From assembly GCF_963853765.1 (NCBI RefSeq), contig NC_088859.1:43834001-43898000 (forward strand): DNA of 64,000 nucleotides, given 5' to 3'. The DNA comes from Magallana gigas (taxonomy: Eukaryota). Below, one piece after another: positions 47,301 through 58,700 of this stretch. Below the pieces are notes generated by a model that was not told where the DNA came from, did no database searches, and worked only from the letters and a program-made list of their open reading frames with translations. The position numbers were made by a program, and so were the translations under genes. Every line of letters starts with the position of its first letter. The first letter of the stretch is position 1.

Positions 47301-50300
47301 ATTTACCCAAGGCTCTGTCAAATCTCCAAGCTTTGATATCTCCTGAAGATGATTTGTTTACTTTATTTAGTTTTTGCTAATAAATTTAAGATCAATTAAC
47401 ACAATCAATATATGGTAACTATCAATGTGCTATAAAAAGCTTTTTGTGCCAAGAATTGCAACTTGTAAAATAAAAAAAAAATCCTGCATCCTTTTTTAAT
47501 GAAAAGAAAAGTACGGTAAAACATGGCCCTGCATCATCTGTTTTTGATAATATATAATATTGGCCTGAGAACCTTCAATTAATTAATTTTATAAGGCCTC
47601 GCATCATGCATTTATAGAAGAAACAAAGGTAATCAAATATTACCGAACTCACTGAAATGAGGCATTACCTTTATAGACCAACCTTATCATATGTTTTATA
47701 AAAACCATATTTAAAACTCTAAATTACAATATTGTATGATATGATATTATATCATATGATACAAAATACTCTGCAATATAATATGGAATCATGTGATATA
47801 ATACTAAAAATATTGTATCATATGATACAAAATGATATATTGCTCGATTCCATATCATATTGCATCATATTATGATATACATTACATATGATGCAACATC
47901 ATGGGAATAGGAATCATATGATATATCATATATCTACAATCACACCCACTCAGCAAATTTGAGTGAGGTAGGACCAGGTTTTCTAAGCATCTTGTTAATT
48001 GAGATCAGGCTCTGTATGTGAAGCTTAACCCTTTTGTTTCAAATCCAAACTTAGATGAACTATGAAAATTTGTTTGGACATTTTCTCCCAACATTCAAAC
48101 CTGCTTTGAACTAATCAAAAAACACCTACCCTGCCCCAACATCCAGATAATCAAGATCATCTTCTGTATCTGAAGATACCTCCATATAAATAATATATAC
48201 CGGTATATAATGTGCAATTCTGATTGGATTTGAACAGGATTTACTTCATAAAGTAACCAGCTCTAAGACAGTACCCCACACAATTTAAGTTGCAAACCCA
48301 TTAGTATGCCCAGGTGCCAAATCCATGCAAGTTTGGTACAGAAGGACAAATAATAACTTAAGTACAGGATCTGCTCTAAAACTTAAACCAGGTCCAGACG
48401 CAGACACAGATACCGAGCTAACACTTAGGGTATCGCATAAGCTTCCCAATTTATTAACATGCAATAAATTATTACTTGTTAGTATGTAGAATAAATAGAA
48501 GAAATCTGAACTCAATGAATGTATTGATGTATCTAACATAATTATGAATATAGGAACATTGTGGTGTTTTCTTTGTTTACATATTTTAGCAAAAAAATTT
48601 GCCAGCAGCTGCTCTTTTTGCATGGCATTTAAATTTGGTCAAACATAAGTCTGCTTTGATTCTGGAATACATTATTAGATACCCAATATAAAGCATACAT
48701 TGTAAACATAAAAATAGAAAAAAAGTAGAATTCAAGAATTTAAACTTGGTTCACAATGATACTGCCAGGAACAAAGACTCCTGTTGGTGAATTAATTAAC
48801 AAAACTTACTCTGTGTGAACTCATAGACGATCTGTCTTGGATTGTCTGAATCCCCATCAATTGCTTGAACATAGTCAAGAATTGTGTTCTGTATCAAACA
48901 AAAAAGAGAACATGTATCTAAAGGCATCATGGCTACAATATAGGATCCTGAATTTTTCCCCATGATATATGAAATATTCAAAGGTTTTTAATTAAGACAC
49001 ATCTAGATGCATACAGACTGATAATAATGCATTTCAAATGGTCCCCTGTTTGTCAAAGCAAATTTTTAGTTTTTGTTAGTCTTGCTTCTTGCTTTCCATA
49101 GACTCTTGCTCTTAGACTTAAAATGACTTGTGCATGAGAGTCAGGGGAATGTCATTTAAGTATAAGTATACTTTTATTCTTTAGCAGCAAGAACTGTAAC
49201 TGTAATAGCATTATGCTTATTAATTAAACTGATTATTTTGTCTTTGATTATAAGATAAAAATAGTCTTATTATTTATTAAATAATCTTTTGTAAATAGTA
49301 TCAAACATCTTCTAATAATTAATTAATAATATAACGTTTATATCTGCTATTGTGTTACATTGTCTCATACCGCTGGTATTCCTTCTGGTTTGTTGATGTC
49401 GTTAGCTTTAATAAATCTGGGCGGAGCATCCTGCACATTCAGAACGCTGATCTCTAAACTATTGTCTGTGTAAAACCTACCATCCTGCGAAAGTAATAGT
49501 TCGTGAATTAGATGTAATTAAAGGGCATGCAAAAATACCTTATACAGTTAACAATATGGCTTGGTTTTCAAAAAATAAATTCAAAATCTGTATAAGGTAC
49601 ATGTACATCGTATGCAACTATTTTTCTAATAAATGTTAGTCTTCCTATTTCCTTTCAAAATAATAAGTGGTTATTTGGATTGTTACATTATCCTGGGAGC
49701 ATTTTGGTTTTTTGTTGAAACATCTATAATGAAAAAGCCATCATAAGAATAATCCATATTTTAATAAATTACGGTGTTTCCTCTGAGATAAAATTAGTAC
49801 TTACAAATGCTGTTAGTGGCATCTGATAAAATGGTTTAGATTCATAATCCAGGGTGCCATCTAAGTAAATTGACCCCCTCCAGTCCTTGTTAGATACCGA
49901 CTTCAATCTTAGTTTGAATTTATCACAAACATCAGGATACTGAAATCAAACCAAATCAAGTTATCAACAAAAATTGTACAAAAATTATCAAGCATGAAAT
50001 TCACATTGAAGAGTCAACCAAACAATTATCATGTATTATAGGCAATTACAAAATTTGATTGACATAATTTTACAATGAAAAATGCATTTATATAAATCAG
50101 CAAAACTTAGGGGGTCATAATGCATGTCAAAATGTTGTGCAATCCAATCAATACACAATATAGTGTTCAAAGTCATAGTTCTCTGATCTGGACCTAAAAC
50201 CAAATTATAGATCATCAAAAATGGTATTTTCATTTCAAAGGGCCTCTCTTCAATTCAGGACATTAGGATATAAAATAAATTTCACATATTATTTATATAT

Positions 50301-53300
50301 AAATACTTGTGCATAATATGATATATATAATGATATGTTGGCCTTGACCAGGCACGTTGAGCAGCCGGGGGGTAAGTGTTGGGGGGTGCAGCAATTTTTC
50401 TATAATTTACATAAAATAATGAATAGACATGGAGTTGCCCCCCTCCAACTTTTTTAGGACCATGTTGAAAATTAAATTAAAAATAAGGGAATAAGCAGTG
50501 AAATTAAAGATATTACATAATAGTTACCTGGTATACCTGTGCCCCCCGCCCCTTTGTCCATATGATTGAAATACTTACAGGACTTGCTGCAGCTTTGGTG
50601 GTATTGCATACCAGTGTAATAAGTCCACTATTAGACACATCCAAGTCAGTGATTACCAAACTATCATATGCTACTGTGCCAATAGCTGCATCCTGTACAT
50701 CGGGTTAAAAGGAAAAAGTTCAACATTAGATTTCCAGGAGACTGTTAATCCCATATCAATTATAAAGTCTACTGGTTCTTTTTACAAAACTTTTAAAAAT
50801 ATACATTTAAAAGCAAATTCATAGTTCTATAATTGCAAGACTTATCATACCTACAGCTATTTCACATACAGGTAAACTGATTCTACCTTACTTGGGAGTT
50901 TCTTACCTCAGACACTGTGAAAGAAAAAGTATCAGCTGAAAATTCTGGAGCATTATCATTGGCGTCAACAATAATGACTTTCGAAGTCCTTTGTGCCATT
51001 AAATTATTGCTTCCCAGTGCTGTTACTGTTACAAATAGCTGAGGATTCGTCTGAAAGAAGAAATACAGGAAAAATCAAAGCTTTGAAGCATGTACATATT
51101 TCAATTTCAATTTTTTTCTTTGTCTTACTGGGTTTTCTCCACATTAATAATGAGCATGAAAACAGTAAAATTTGGCTCACAAATTGAAACATTCATGATC
51201 TTTTTTTATAGTCATGCGTTGTTATTATGTTCAAAGTGTCCTGATGTTAAATTGTGCAATTAATTAATTCATATACATTAAAACATTAGAATTTGGCTCA
51301 TGAACAAATTAACTGATTAACACATTTATGATTTTTTAAATTTCTGATCATGGTCAGTGCTTAGGCAGAAAAGTAACTGTATTATATTGTGCCCAGAATT
51401 TGATTTGTTCTCTTTCATATTGAACTTTCAGTATCTTCTGTTTTACATAATTTAATAAAATTAAGATGCTTTAAAATGGCTGCTTAAAGGATGCTAGGAG
51501 GACCATGAAAGAGAATTCAGTCAGAAAGAGTTAGCCCAAAGGGTAAATTTACCTCTAATTTCTGGCCATAATATAGTTATGAATGTTATTGCATTAACAA
51601 AAACCTATATATGCATAATTAATCATATAAGTAAACACCAAAAGCTTGCTCCTCATTGAGTCATTTGAATTTACCTCATAATCCAGCAATCTTCTCAGTT
51701 TGACTTCACCTGTTGCCCTGTCCACAAAAAATTTATCAGTCTCTACCATTCCATATGTGATAGGTCCTGTTCCTCCCCCCTCTGCCAATAGGGTGTACAC
51801 AACACTACCTGGAGATTAAAAAAAAGTCATACTGTATACCGGTACTTAAATAAATTGTTTTCCATCCTGTGCAATATAAACTGAAAATCATCCTACTGAT
51901 GTAAAATGAACCCTTTGGGTGCGTGATAATTTATTTTGTTAAACTTTCATGTTAAATACTGAAATCTGATTGGTTTAGACGCAGTTCATAATCTGTTCTA
52001 TTACCCTCAGCGTTAGCAACGCACTAAGCAACGGGTAACATTACGAATTGTTACATGCGCAAAAATCATGCGCGTACGGTTCGCTTTAGAATTCACGTTA
52101 TTCCTATCTAAAAGCAGTGATGTTTTCTTTAAAATTAAGACATTCAGTATAACAAAATAAATAGTGCCTGTTTGGGAGGATAACAGTTGAAATTGACACC
52201 CCGAGAAAACCATTGTCAACCTCCGCTTCGCGTCAGTTGACAATGGTTTTCTCGGGGTGTCAATTTCAGCTGTAACCCTCCCAAACAGGCACTATTTATA
52301 TAATAGTACATCCCCCTTTCCAGCAATGTTTGGTTGCTATAATACACAATAGAAACTGAATGGAAACTGCAAATAACTGGAATTTTTCTACGTCCAAGGG
52401 GCATAACTTTGTATAAAGTTGTTCCATTATGCCCAAAATAAAACTTGACCTAGATATTATTTTGATAAAACTGTATATCAAATTTCATTTCAATATGTGC
52501 ATTCTATGCAAATTAAAATAATGGATACTGCAAATAATTGGAATTTTTAAAAGTCCAAGAGGCATAACTCTGTATAAAATTGCTCGATCGTACATCATAT
52601 CAAACTTGACCATGATAAACCTTTATACCGGATTTCATTTCAATATGTTCATCCTCTGCAAAGAAAATGAGCTGAAACTGCAATAATTGGAATTTTTATA
52701 CGTCCAAGAGGGATAACTCTGTTGAAAATTGTTCAATCGTACCCAATATTGAACTTGACCTAGATATTATCATGATTAACTTTTATACCAAATTTCATTT
52801 CAATATTTATCCTCTGCAAAGAAAATGAACAGAAACCGTTGGTGGACTGACCAACGGACCGGCCGACATACCAATCGACAGACTATTATATACATAATTT
52901 TGTTTTCAAGATTTAAATCAAATACATGTATGATACTAGATATCACTGAGGTGGTAGCGCGTCACTTGAATAATGGACATAATTAGAAAATTTTGCTTTG
53001 ATCTTAACCTATGACTACTGACTATGAAATTTTCCACTTGGCATTGAACTTCAATTCAAGCTTACTGTAACTGCTGCAGCAATGTACTGCTCAGATTAAT
53101 TTTTCCAGATTAAAACACCTAGTGGTGAAATGTGAAAATGTAGATAACTGATTGATTCATTATGACTATATGTCTATCTTTGCAAAAAAGTAAAGGGGGT
53201 GGCTAAGCCCACTCCTAGCCCACTGGTTCAACACTTATGTTGTGAACTTCATTTCTTAAATGTTTGATTAACAATACTGTGGAATCATTAGAATTCATGG

Positions 53301-54393
53301 TGGCTCAATTTTCATGCTATTCGTAGGTAGCCCTCCCCACGAATTTAAATCCTCATTGACGGAAACAATTTTTGAAAGAGCTATCTTTGTTGCTGAAACT
53401 GTAGTAACTGACGCATCCACGAAATTACATCCCCACGAATCAGCAAAAAGTCATAATCCATGAAAATTGGCCCCCACGAATTTAAATGATTCCACAGTAT
53501 ACCAGAGATGAATTTGTAGAATGAATTGGTCCACTCACCTACAGTGGTATCCTCACGTACCCTGACATTAGACATATCATTTATAAATCTCGGAGGCTCC
53601 TGCCCATAAACTGCAAATACAACACAAACAAAATGATAAAATATATTAACTTTCCAGGGCTCTCATTTGTAACAATGGAACTAAAGGCAGCATAGCTCAT
53701 TCCCAATTCAAAAAAGTTACAATCTAAATTTTTCCCCAAAGTGTTAATTATTATATCACACAAAATAAAAGAATGAATTAATTTGAATAGTACTATAACT
53801 ACAGTTAAACTTCGTTATCTCAAACTAGATGGGACAATTTAAAAACTTCGAGATATCGATCCTGCAAGTATTTGAGATATCGAGGGTTAAATACTGAAAA
53901 AATTGGGCTGGGTTGGTTTGGGACTTAAAAATCACTTCAACATATATCCATTGTATTCAAGATATCAGCGTTCTAGATATTGAAGTTCAACTGCATGTAT
54001 ATATACTTACTTATATTGGTTAACATATCCTGTATGTTGCAAATCAGAAATAATTCAAACTCCCCAACCCAATGAGTTCTAATATATATAACGATTTTCC
54101 CAATGTTAATTATTACAAATTTCCCATCCAAAGTCTGCTGATTTTATAGAAAAATCATCATATAAATTATATATGTATATATATGTACTGAAGATGGAAA
54201 TGCAGCCCAATTATATAATGACAATTTTTTCTTGTTCTCAACTTACATATAAGTATGTAGGTAGGACAGTAATTAAGTATCGGTAGGTACATGTATATAT
54301 GCAAGTAATTGGAATTACATGTACATACATACCTATAACAATAAGGATACTAATCCCACACAGGGTCTTCACCCAAGGCAGCATCTTCATCAT
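26343..54393 (-). CDS. Cad87A: Cadherin-87A-like (CDHR1/CDHR2/CDH23-related) non-classical cadherin A: signal peptide, 14 EC repeats, membrane-adjacent domain, TM, short tail; 37 coding exons, 1834 aa
   Basis: Exons (5'->3') 54393-54333, 53610-53539, 51808-51675, 51050-50907, 50692-50579, 49939-49805, 49484-49371, 48888-48810, 42184-42072, 41818-41612, 41351-41196, 40951-40784, 40598-40525, 40407-40199, 39951-39750, 39589-39520, 39424-39167, 38213-38087, 37611-37469, 36812-36482, 36187-36030, 35125-34976, 34862-34740, 34517-34331, 33868-33648, 33101-32907, 32802-32692, 32554-32410, 32170-31922, 31574-31333, 29666-29578, 29272-29165, 28068-27921, 27418-27294, 26955-26930, 26797-26763, 26624-26343; 5505 nt, phases consistent. 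Repeated LDxE and DxNDNxP motifs. EC5 CPTPGAGSCIDYE and EC4 VSPGTGQGSTPAIILIRN recall Cad87A/CDHR2. TM MVVMILVIILIILALLFLLLACWCI. Exact ortholog name is an inference. Confidence 0.9.
28171..28373. mobile_element. TA-flanked (Tc1/mariner-type) MITE
   Basis: TIR CTGTAGATTCCTTATT / AATAAGGAATCTACAC with TA on both sides; relatives at 58258-58437 and 29715-31284. Confidence 0.75.
28807..29121 (-). mobile_element. Kolobok-type MITE with degenerate tRNA-like cassette (about 28951-29020, minus strand)
   Basis: TTAA then GGTGGTTTGGG at left, CCCATACCATC at right. Minus strand reads ...TTGGATAGAGCG...GAGATCAAATCCCGCTGGAGC TTTT. Confidence 0.6.
29715..31284. mobile_element. TA-type MITE split by a nested Kolobok-like insertion (29747-31112)
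   Basis: Removing 29747-31112 and one TTAA restores CTGTAGATTCCTAATTAAAGGCAAGGAATTAATATCC..., colinear with 28171 and 58258. The insert has GGTGGA...TCCACC termini and TTAA TSDs (29743-29746, 31113-31116). Confidence 0.75.
34010..34337 (-). repeat. 21/15-bp minisatellite made of the exon 24 3' end plus its 5' splice site
   Basis: Minus-strand unit GACTGACA|GTGAGTAAACTCA; six perfect GTGAGT (34325 authentic; 34304, 34262, 34205, 34163, 34019). Confidence 0.85.
35497..36061 (-). repeat. 36/42-bp minisatellite (150-bp higher-order period) made of the exon 21 3' end plus its 5' splice site
   Basis: Minus-strand unit ATCAACGACAACTCTCCCATATTTAATCAG|GTAAAC; 15 junction copies between 35504 and 36030. 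Confidence 0.95.
38288..39093 (-). mobile_element. HINE family A, second copy (inverted relative to 7968-8627)
   Basis: AAACTAGAGGTACTGTGAGCAAGCTCACA at 38288 is the reverse complement of the 8600-8627 end. GGACAGAC microsatellite and GGGGGGTATAA at the right. Confidence 0.85.
42459..43029 (-). mobile_element. Kolobok-like MITE (AGGACTAT family), one end truncated
   Basis: Reverse complement of 22681-23256 over about 550 bp; ends ATAGTCCT|TTAA. Confidence 0.75.
43231..44548. mobile_element. hAT-like element (CAGTGGCGTAGCTAC TIR) containing a nested Harbinger-like insertion
   Basis: TIR CAGTGGCGTAGCTAC / GTAGCTATGCCACTG (14/15); CATGG directly repeated on both flanks. Confidence 0.7.
43407..44425. 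mobile_element. GC-richer PIF/Harbinger-like non-autonomous element, one terminus only
   Basis: TAA|AGGCCCTGTCACACC left end, many CACGG/ACGCAG subrepeats; right TIR not found. Confidence 0.45.
44631..45020 (-). mobile_element. HINE family C (short copy)
   Basis: CATCGCTCACCTGAG at one end; GACAGAC microsatellite and AGCTCACTTGAGCTTTCAGCTCTGGTGAACTAAAAA hairpin at the other. Confidence 0.8.
45189..45191 (-). other. Candidate 3-nt microexon (ATG) of cadherin A
   Basis: Minus strand: ...TTTTTACTTTATTTTGCAG|ATG|GTAAGT. Frame-preserving in the phase-1 intron between exons 8 and 9. Confidence 0.5.
45208..46493 (-). mobile_element. HINE family B carrying ~7 tandem 166-bp satellite monomers
   Basis: subTIRs ATACCCCCGC / GCGGGGGTAT, hairpin GTGAGC-CAAT-GCTCAC, GACG/GACA microsatellite. 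AAGCATCTGCGATA recurs 7 times at ~166-bp spacing (45370-46365). Confidence 0.9.
46758..46762 (-). other. Candidate 5-nt frameshifting microexon (AACTT) of cadherin A
   Basis: Minus strand: GATTTCTTTTTCCCCAG|AACTT|GTAAGT. Confidence 0.3.
47109..47270. repeat. Short palindromic MITE-like element
   Basis: ~50-bp imperfect arms ...ATTATGAGGTGATAATTTTGGTCA / TGACCAAAATTATCACGTCATAAT... Confidence 0.65.
47735..47935. repeat. Degenerate (ATATG/CATAT)n low-complexity repeat
   Basis: Dense ATATGAT / ATCATAT motifs in both orientations. Confidence 0.7.
51940..52298 (+). mobile_element. Dispersed element ending in a 141-bp hairpin (possibly Crypton-like non-autonomous)
   Basis: 64-bp arms (52158-52221 / 52235-52298, 4 mismatches) around loop TCCGCTTCGCGTC; left part homologous to 25340-25500. 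Family name is a guess. Confidence 0.55.
52350..52885 (-). repeat. Truncated HINE with ~3 tandem ~150-160-bp units
   Basis: ACTGCAAATAA(C/T)TGGAATTTTT...GTCCAAG-GGCATAACT recurs near 52365, 52526 and 52676; ends in a degenerate GACC/GACA microsatellite. Confidence 0.7.
53277..53497. mobile_element. TA-flanked MITE
   Basis: Perfect 13-bp TIR CTGTGGAATCATT / AATGATTCCACAG, TA on both sides. Confidence 0.8.
53802..53993. mobile_element. TA-type MITE (CAGTTAAACTTC)
   Basis: TA|CAGTTAAACTTCG ... GAAGTTCAACTG; internal GATATC(G) repeats. Confidence 0.55.
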
Positions 54394-54957
54394 TCTCACG
54401 TTTCTGCAACCTGGATACGACATATGGTAATTAATTAAAAGCAAGTAATGAATTAATTAACAAATAATCAAGAAGATATATATATAATGTGTTCAACCTA
54501 TTTGAAAGTGATCAACAATATTATATACATGTATATCAATTGCAATAATCTATATTATATTAAAATTGTAGCGATTGCAGTGGACCTTATATAAAAATAT
54601 ACAAATCTAAGGAACACTGTAACTAGTGTAGTTATTTTCTTGTATTGCATTGACTCGTTTTGCAGAGTAAATCATTAATGCACGTAAGTTTTTAATTATA
54701 TAATACATAATATACACAAATCACAATAAAAACTAATTTAGAATATAATAGTTTACTGTAAAATTGAGATGGTTCATCAATAATAATAAGCTTTTAAAAA
54801 AATGATACATTGAATATAAGCATGCAGATTTGTTCTCATGCGAAATCAACAGAAATCGAAAAAAGAACCCCAAAATATATAAAATTCTGCATCAATTAGA
54901 GTTAATTTTAGTGTTGTATGCATTTGATATAATAATGACATGCCCCTACATACTTAC

Positions 54958-55418
54958 CCCCAGTTTGTAAGCTCACCGCCCTGAAGACATGCTATGAAAA
55001 AATCTATTTTTATCCCAAGACAGGTTTACAAAGGTGTAGCTACCTGTTCTAATGAATATGCATGACCATGTGCTTTACCGACTTTATTTTTACCAAAACG
55101 AAATTGGTTTTGTAAAATCACCACATCTATTTTTTTATATTCATAATTAAAGTATGAGTTTGATATCACATTCTGATGTCGGTGATAACCGATTATTTTA
55201 GTTTACACATTTATCACGAATTAAATATGTTAGTTTTAAATTCGTTTCGGTAAAGTATTTTTTAGAAGAGCGTGAACTGGTTTCATGGCTGAGTGCATTG
55301 CGAATATGAATGAAAATAACAACAACGGGGCTATTTTTAAACCCGCAAAACCGGTTTTTCATGCTGGATCAATACACAGAGCTAACTACAATCAGCGGTT
55401 TGGTGGAATAGGACACAT
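54958..55418. promoter_or_regulatory. Candidate bidirectional promoter with two non-coding first exons (cadherin A minus, cadherin B plus)
   Basis: Outward-facing GTAAGT donors at 54957 (minus) and 55419 (plus). Matching acceptors at 54411 (minus) and 55722 (plus) precede the signal-peptide exons. Grainyhead-type AACTGGTT (55275) and AACCGGTT (55349). Confidence 0.55.
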
Positions 55419-55771
55419 GTAAGTATAAATCGCATCACCCCAATCAGTAAACAGATTTTTACAAATTTACGTTAACATCACATCTATAAAAAGTTTTAAG
55501 GTTGTCCTGCACGTGCACCTTGCTAGTAAATGGGAGCTCCATCCTATATGTATTATGTGCAGTTATAAATTTAAAGTTTTTTTTTAGCAGTTTAGTTAAT
55601 CGTTATTTGCTTATTCACTTAAATGTTTAATTCTCCTTTTCGTGAATCTCGATAATCTATCAGTATACAATAATTGTATCACGACAGCATATATATACCA
55701 TTTGTATGTAGATCTCTTACAGTCTTATGGATTGTGGTTTTTTTTAGTTATAACTGTGGTGTCCAAGAGAT

Positions 55772-58700
55772 ATGGAAGTGTTCCTCACCCTGTTTGCAGG
55801 TCAGTTCATTAGATATAGCAGGGACGTATATACGTTCCTGGATATATAGCAGTTAATCAATGTTTATAAAATAGAGTATTTTTAAATAATCAATATAAGA
55901 TATAATTAACCAACCAGAATGTTAATTAAGTTGATTCTCTCTAATTACACCAACCCTTGTAAATAAAGTGTAACTCCAAAGTCTTCTTTGAGTTGACTCA
56001 ATTTTATTTTAATGACATGATTTTCGTTTACTTAAAATTCAATCCAGCTTCTCAAGATCATAAATTAATATACCGTATTTTTGAAAATTAGGTTGATACT
56101 GTTTATTGGGCCAAGGAGCCCGTTTTTAGCAAAAAAAAATTTAAAAAGTATAAATAGGTTGACTTCGAAGAATTGGTCGAAAAATTACCGCTAGTTTGAA
56201 TGAAAACATGGTTTAAACCAATAGCGTTATTATACAATAGCCTTTAATTTTATTTCACAGTTTTAAACAAAGGGGAAATAAAATGCATTTCTTAAAAACA
56301 TTGTAAGAAAATGTCTGAAAATTTTCAAACCAATTTATTCAGTACGGCCGGATTAATTTAAGATCGTTTTTTATTACTTCCCTGCCATGTGTACAAACTG
56401 GTGTTAACTGGGGGATAGTAACCTAGCCTGGAGGCATGACTACGGTAGTACATGTCACCCTGTGTCTCTGTGTGACTTTTTGCTGTGTATGTACACACAA
56501 GTCAACCTCCGGGCATGAGTAGCACGTGCCGAGAGTTCAACTGTGTTACATATACAGTAGGCGCTACCAAGACTGATTTCAGAGACACCTGGCTGAGATT
56601 TCATCGAGAGTTTTATTTTGGTTAAACAGAAAAAAACTCGTAAATGTATTCTATTATAAAAAAAAATTGGTTTTTTTTTAATTTCTACACGGCGACCCCC
56701 ATCCCCCAGTAGTTACCCTTTATACGGTTCTCATTTTACTTTTACCACAAGAAATCGATTTTCTGTTTAACGTAAGCACACGATCAAAATGCATGTAATA
56801 ATGATCGAAAGATGATTCAGTCAGCAATTGAAGTAAGAAATGTAAGAAGAAATAAATTTATTCACATTTGTTTCGATGATAAATTACTACAGTATATTGA
56901 TGAAAATCCACACGATTTTTACACAGCAAGCAGTATTATAGTAAACACTTAAGATTTTATTGGAGGTTTGCATAAACTATTGCAAAATTTCATATCAAAT
57001 TAAAAAAAAAAAAACATAAATAGGGCGAAGCGATGAAAAGGGCGAGGTCCACGTGTCAGGAAAAAAAGTTTCGACCTAATTTCCAAAAAATACGGTAACT
57101 TTAATTAAATTTTGCTTAATTTATTTTTTTTTAAATTTAATTGAACTGACCGATAAATAAACTGAGATTCCTAATTAAACACAAGGAATTTAATTATAAA
57201 TGTGTAAAATCGCAAGAAGCATGTTAAATTCATCATACATTTTAAAATCTCACTTTTATTTTCTTAAGATTGGCTCTTTATAATTTATATGAAATTATAA
57301 CAAAAGTTTGGTGCTAGCAAATTGATTTTATTGTTATTCGACACAACATAATAGCATCTTGGAAATAAGTACTAACATTAAATTATGAACCTTCAATAAC
57401 TGGTGTATATTGTTTAAGATTTTCACTAACCAGTGCTTCCGGTGATTTCAGAATCTTAAATCACCCATATATCTGTGAAATGCATTGTTTAATATTGTGA
57501 CATCAATACATGTACATGTATTATAAAATCTTGCTTCAGTTTCAGTCACAGTTCTTCACATGAAATGAATTTGTATTTTCAGGACTGTTTGCAGTTGCCT
57601 GCGGACAAATTAATTTTGGTAAGAATAAGTTAATTAAATGAATTTTTTGAGTTATCAGGCTGATATTTAAAGTTACTTCTCTGACCACTTCACTCTTTAT
57701 TCTAATGCTTCTTAGCACACTTTTATGATCTTAACAATTAAAACATTTTAAAAGACCACAGGATTTCTCTCAATGGTTTTGATAGATGAACCTAACATAC
57801 CGTAATAATTAAAAAAAAAATGAGGGATGGAATTTGGGTAGAAAAACAGATTCATGTCATATTGAGAAATAAAAATGTTCTCTTGTTTTAATTTTTAGAT
57901 ACGTCTAGAATATATTTTCTTAAAACAAGATGAATGAGCTTAATAATTAGCATCTGGACTCAAAATCTCAATTTTTGACCAGTGTTCAATTAATATTTTA
58001 TGCCTGCTTTTAGAATAGATGTAAAGGATTTAATTTGGGATTCATCCTTCTATTTTTTAAAAACGGAGAAAAGCACTGGTTATCTGCATTGGTATCATGC
58101 ATCCTCTGAGGCACAGAGGATAAGTAAGTATAGTTCTATTTCTTTATAACTCCAGCTCCTGTGTTTGACACAGTCAATACGACGGGTGTGGATGGAGACT
58201 TGAGACAGAGACTGGTAACGCAAGGAGTGTTGGAGAGTACGGCAGAGTGTAAGTGTACTGTGGATCCCTAATTAAACGCGAGGAACTAATATCTGTATAA
58301 AATCGTGAGAAGCAGCCCTTGTGGATTTTAAAATCTGGCTGGTATTTTTCACACAATTTTGAACTATAGGAAATAATAACAAAAAATTGATGCAAAGCAG
58401 CGGAATTAAGTACTTGCATAAAATAAGGAATTTACAGTAATCGCCTAAGACAACAGTCAAACATTTGTAAATTAAATTCAATATCATTGCACTCTGACAT
58501 AATAAATTTAAGCATAGCCTTGCATGATTTTAGCACTTATAAATTCTACTTGTATTGTGTTTCATCATGCAGTCACAGTGCTTGGAAATTTGAAAGCCCA
58601 TGTCCCAGGAAATCCCAGTGCCCTGCTAAAGTATGAAGCTACAAGTGACCAGACTTTGAAGGTCATTGAGAACGGAACAGTTCTCCTGAACCGTCCACTG

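Noticed and set aside
47300-47660. Two 8-nt microexon candidates (47644-47651, 47307-47314) summing in frame with the 5-nt exon
   Set aside because: Weak acceptors and donors; a post hoc combination.
48120-48140. 1-nt exon (GGGGCAG|G|GTAGGT, minus) that would restore frame with the 5-nt microexon
   Set aside because: No pyrimidine tract; such AG-N-GT matches are expected by chance in 6.6 kb.
48285-48623. 112-aa minus-strand ORF in cadherin A intron 8
   Set aside because: No domain, low-complexity composition, no convincing splice sites.
50345-50560. Possible hAT-like MITE (CAGGCACGT...)
   Set aside because: Right TIR and TSD not identifiable.
50892-50906. In-frame alternative donor 15 nt downstream of exon 4
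   Set aside because: Would insert VRNSQ into the conserved xE-xxxxG calcium motif; no support beyond the GTAAGG match.
56457-56520. MTTVVHVTLCLCVTFCC as cadherin B signal peptide
   Set aside because: Phase-1 donors create TGA on joining 57583; the exon at 55772-55799 fits phase and signal pattern.
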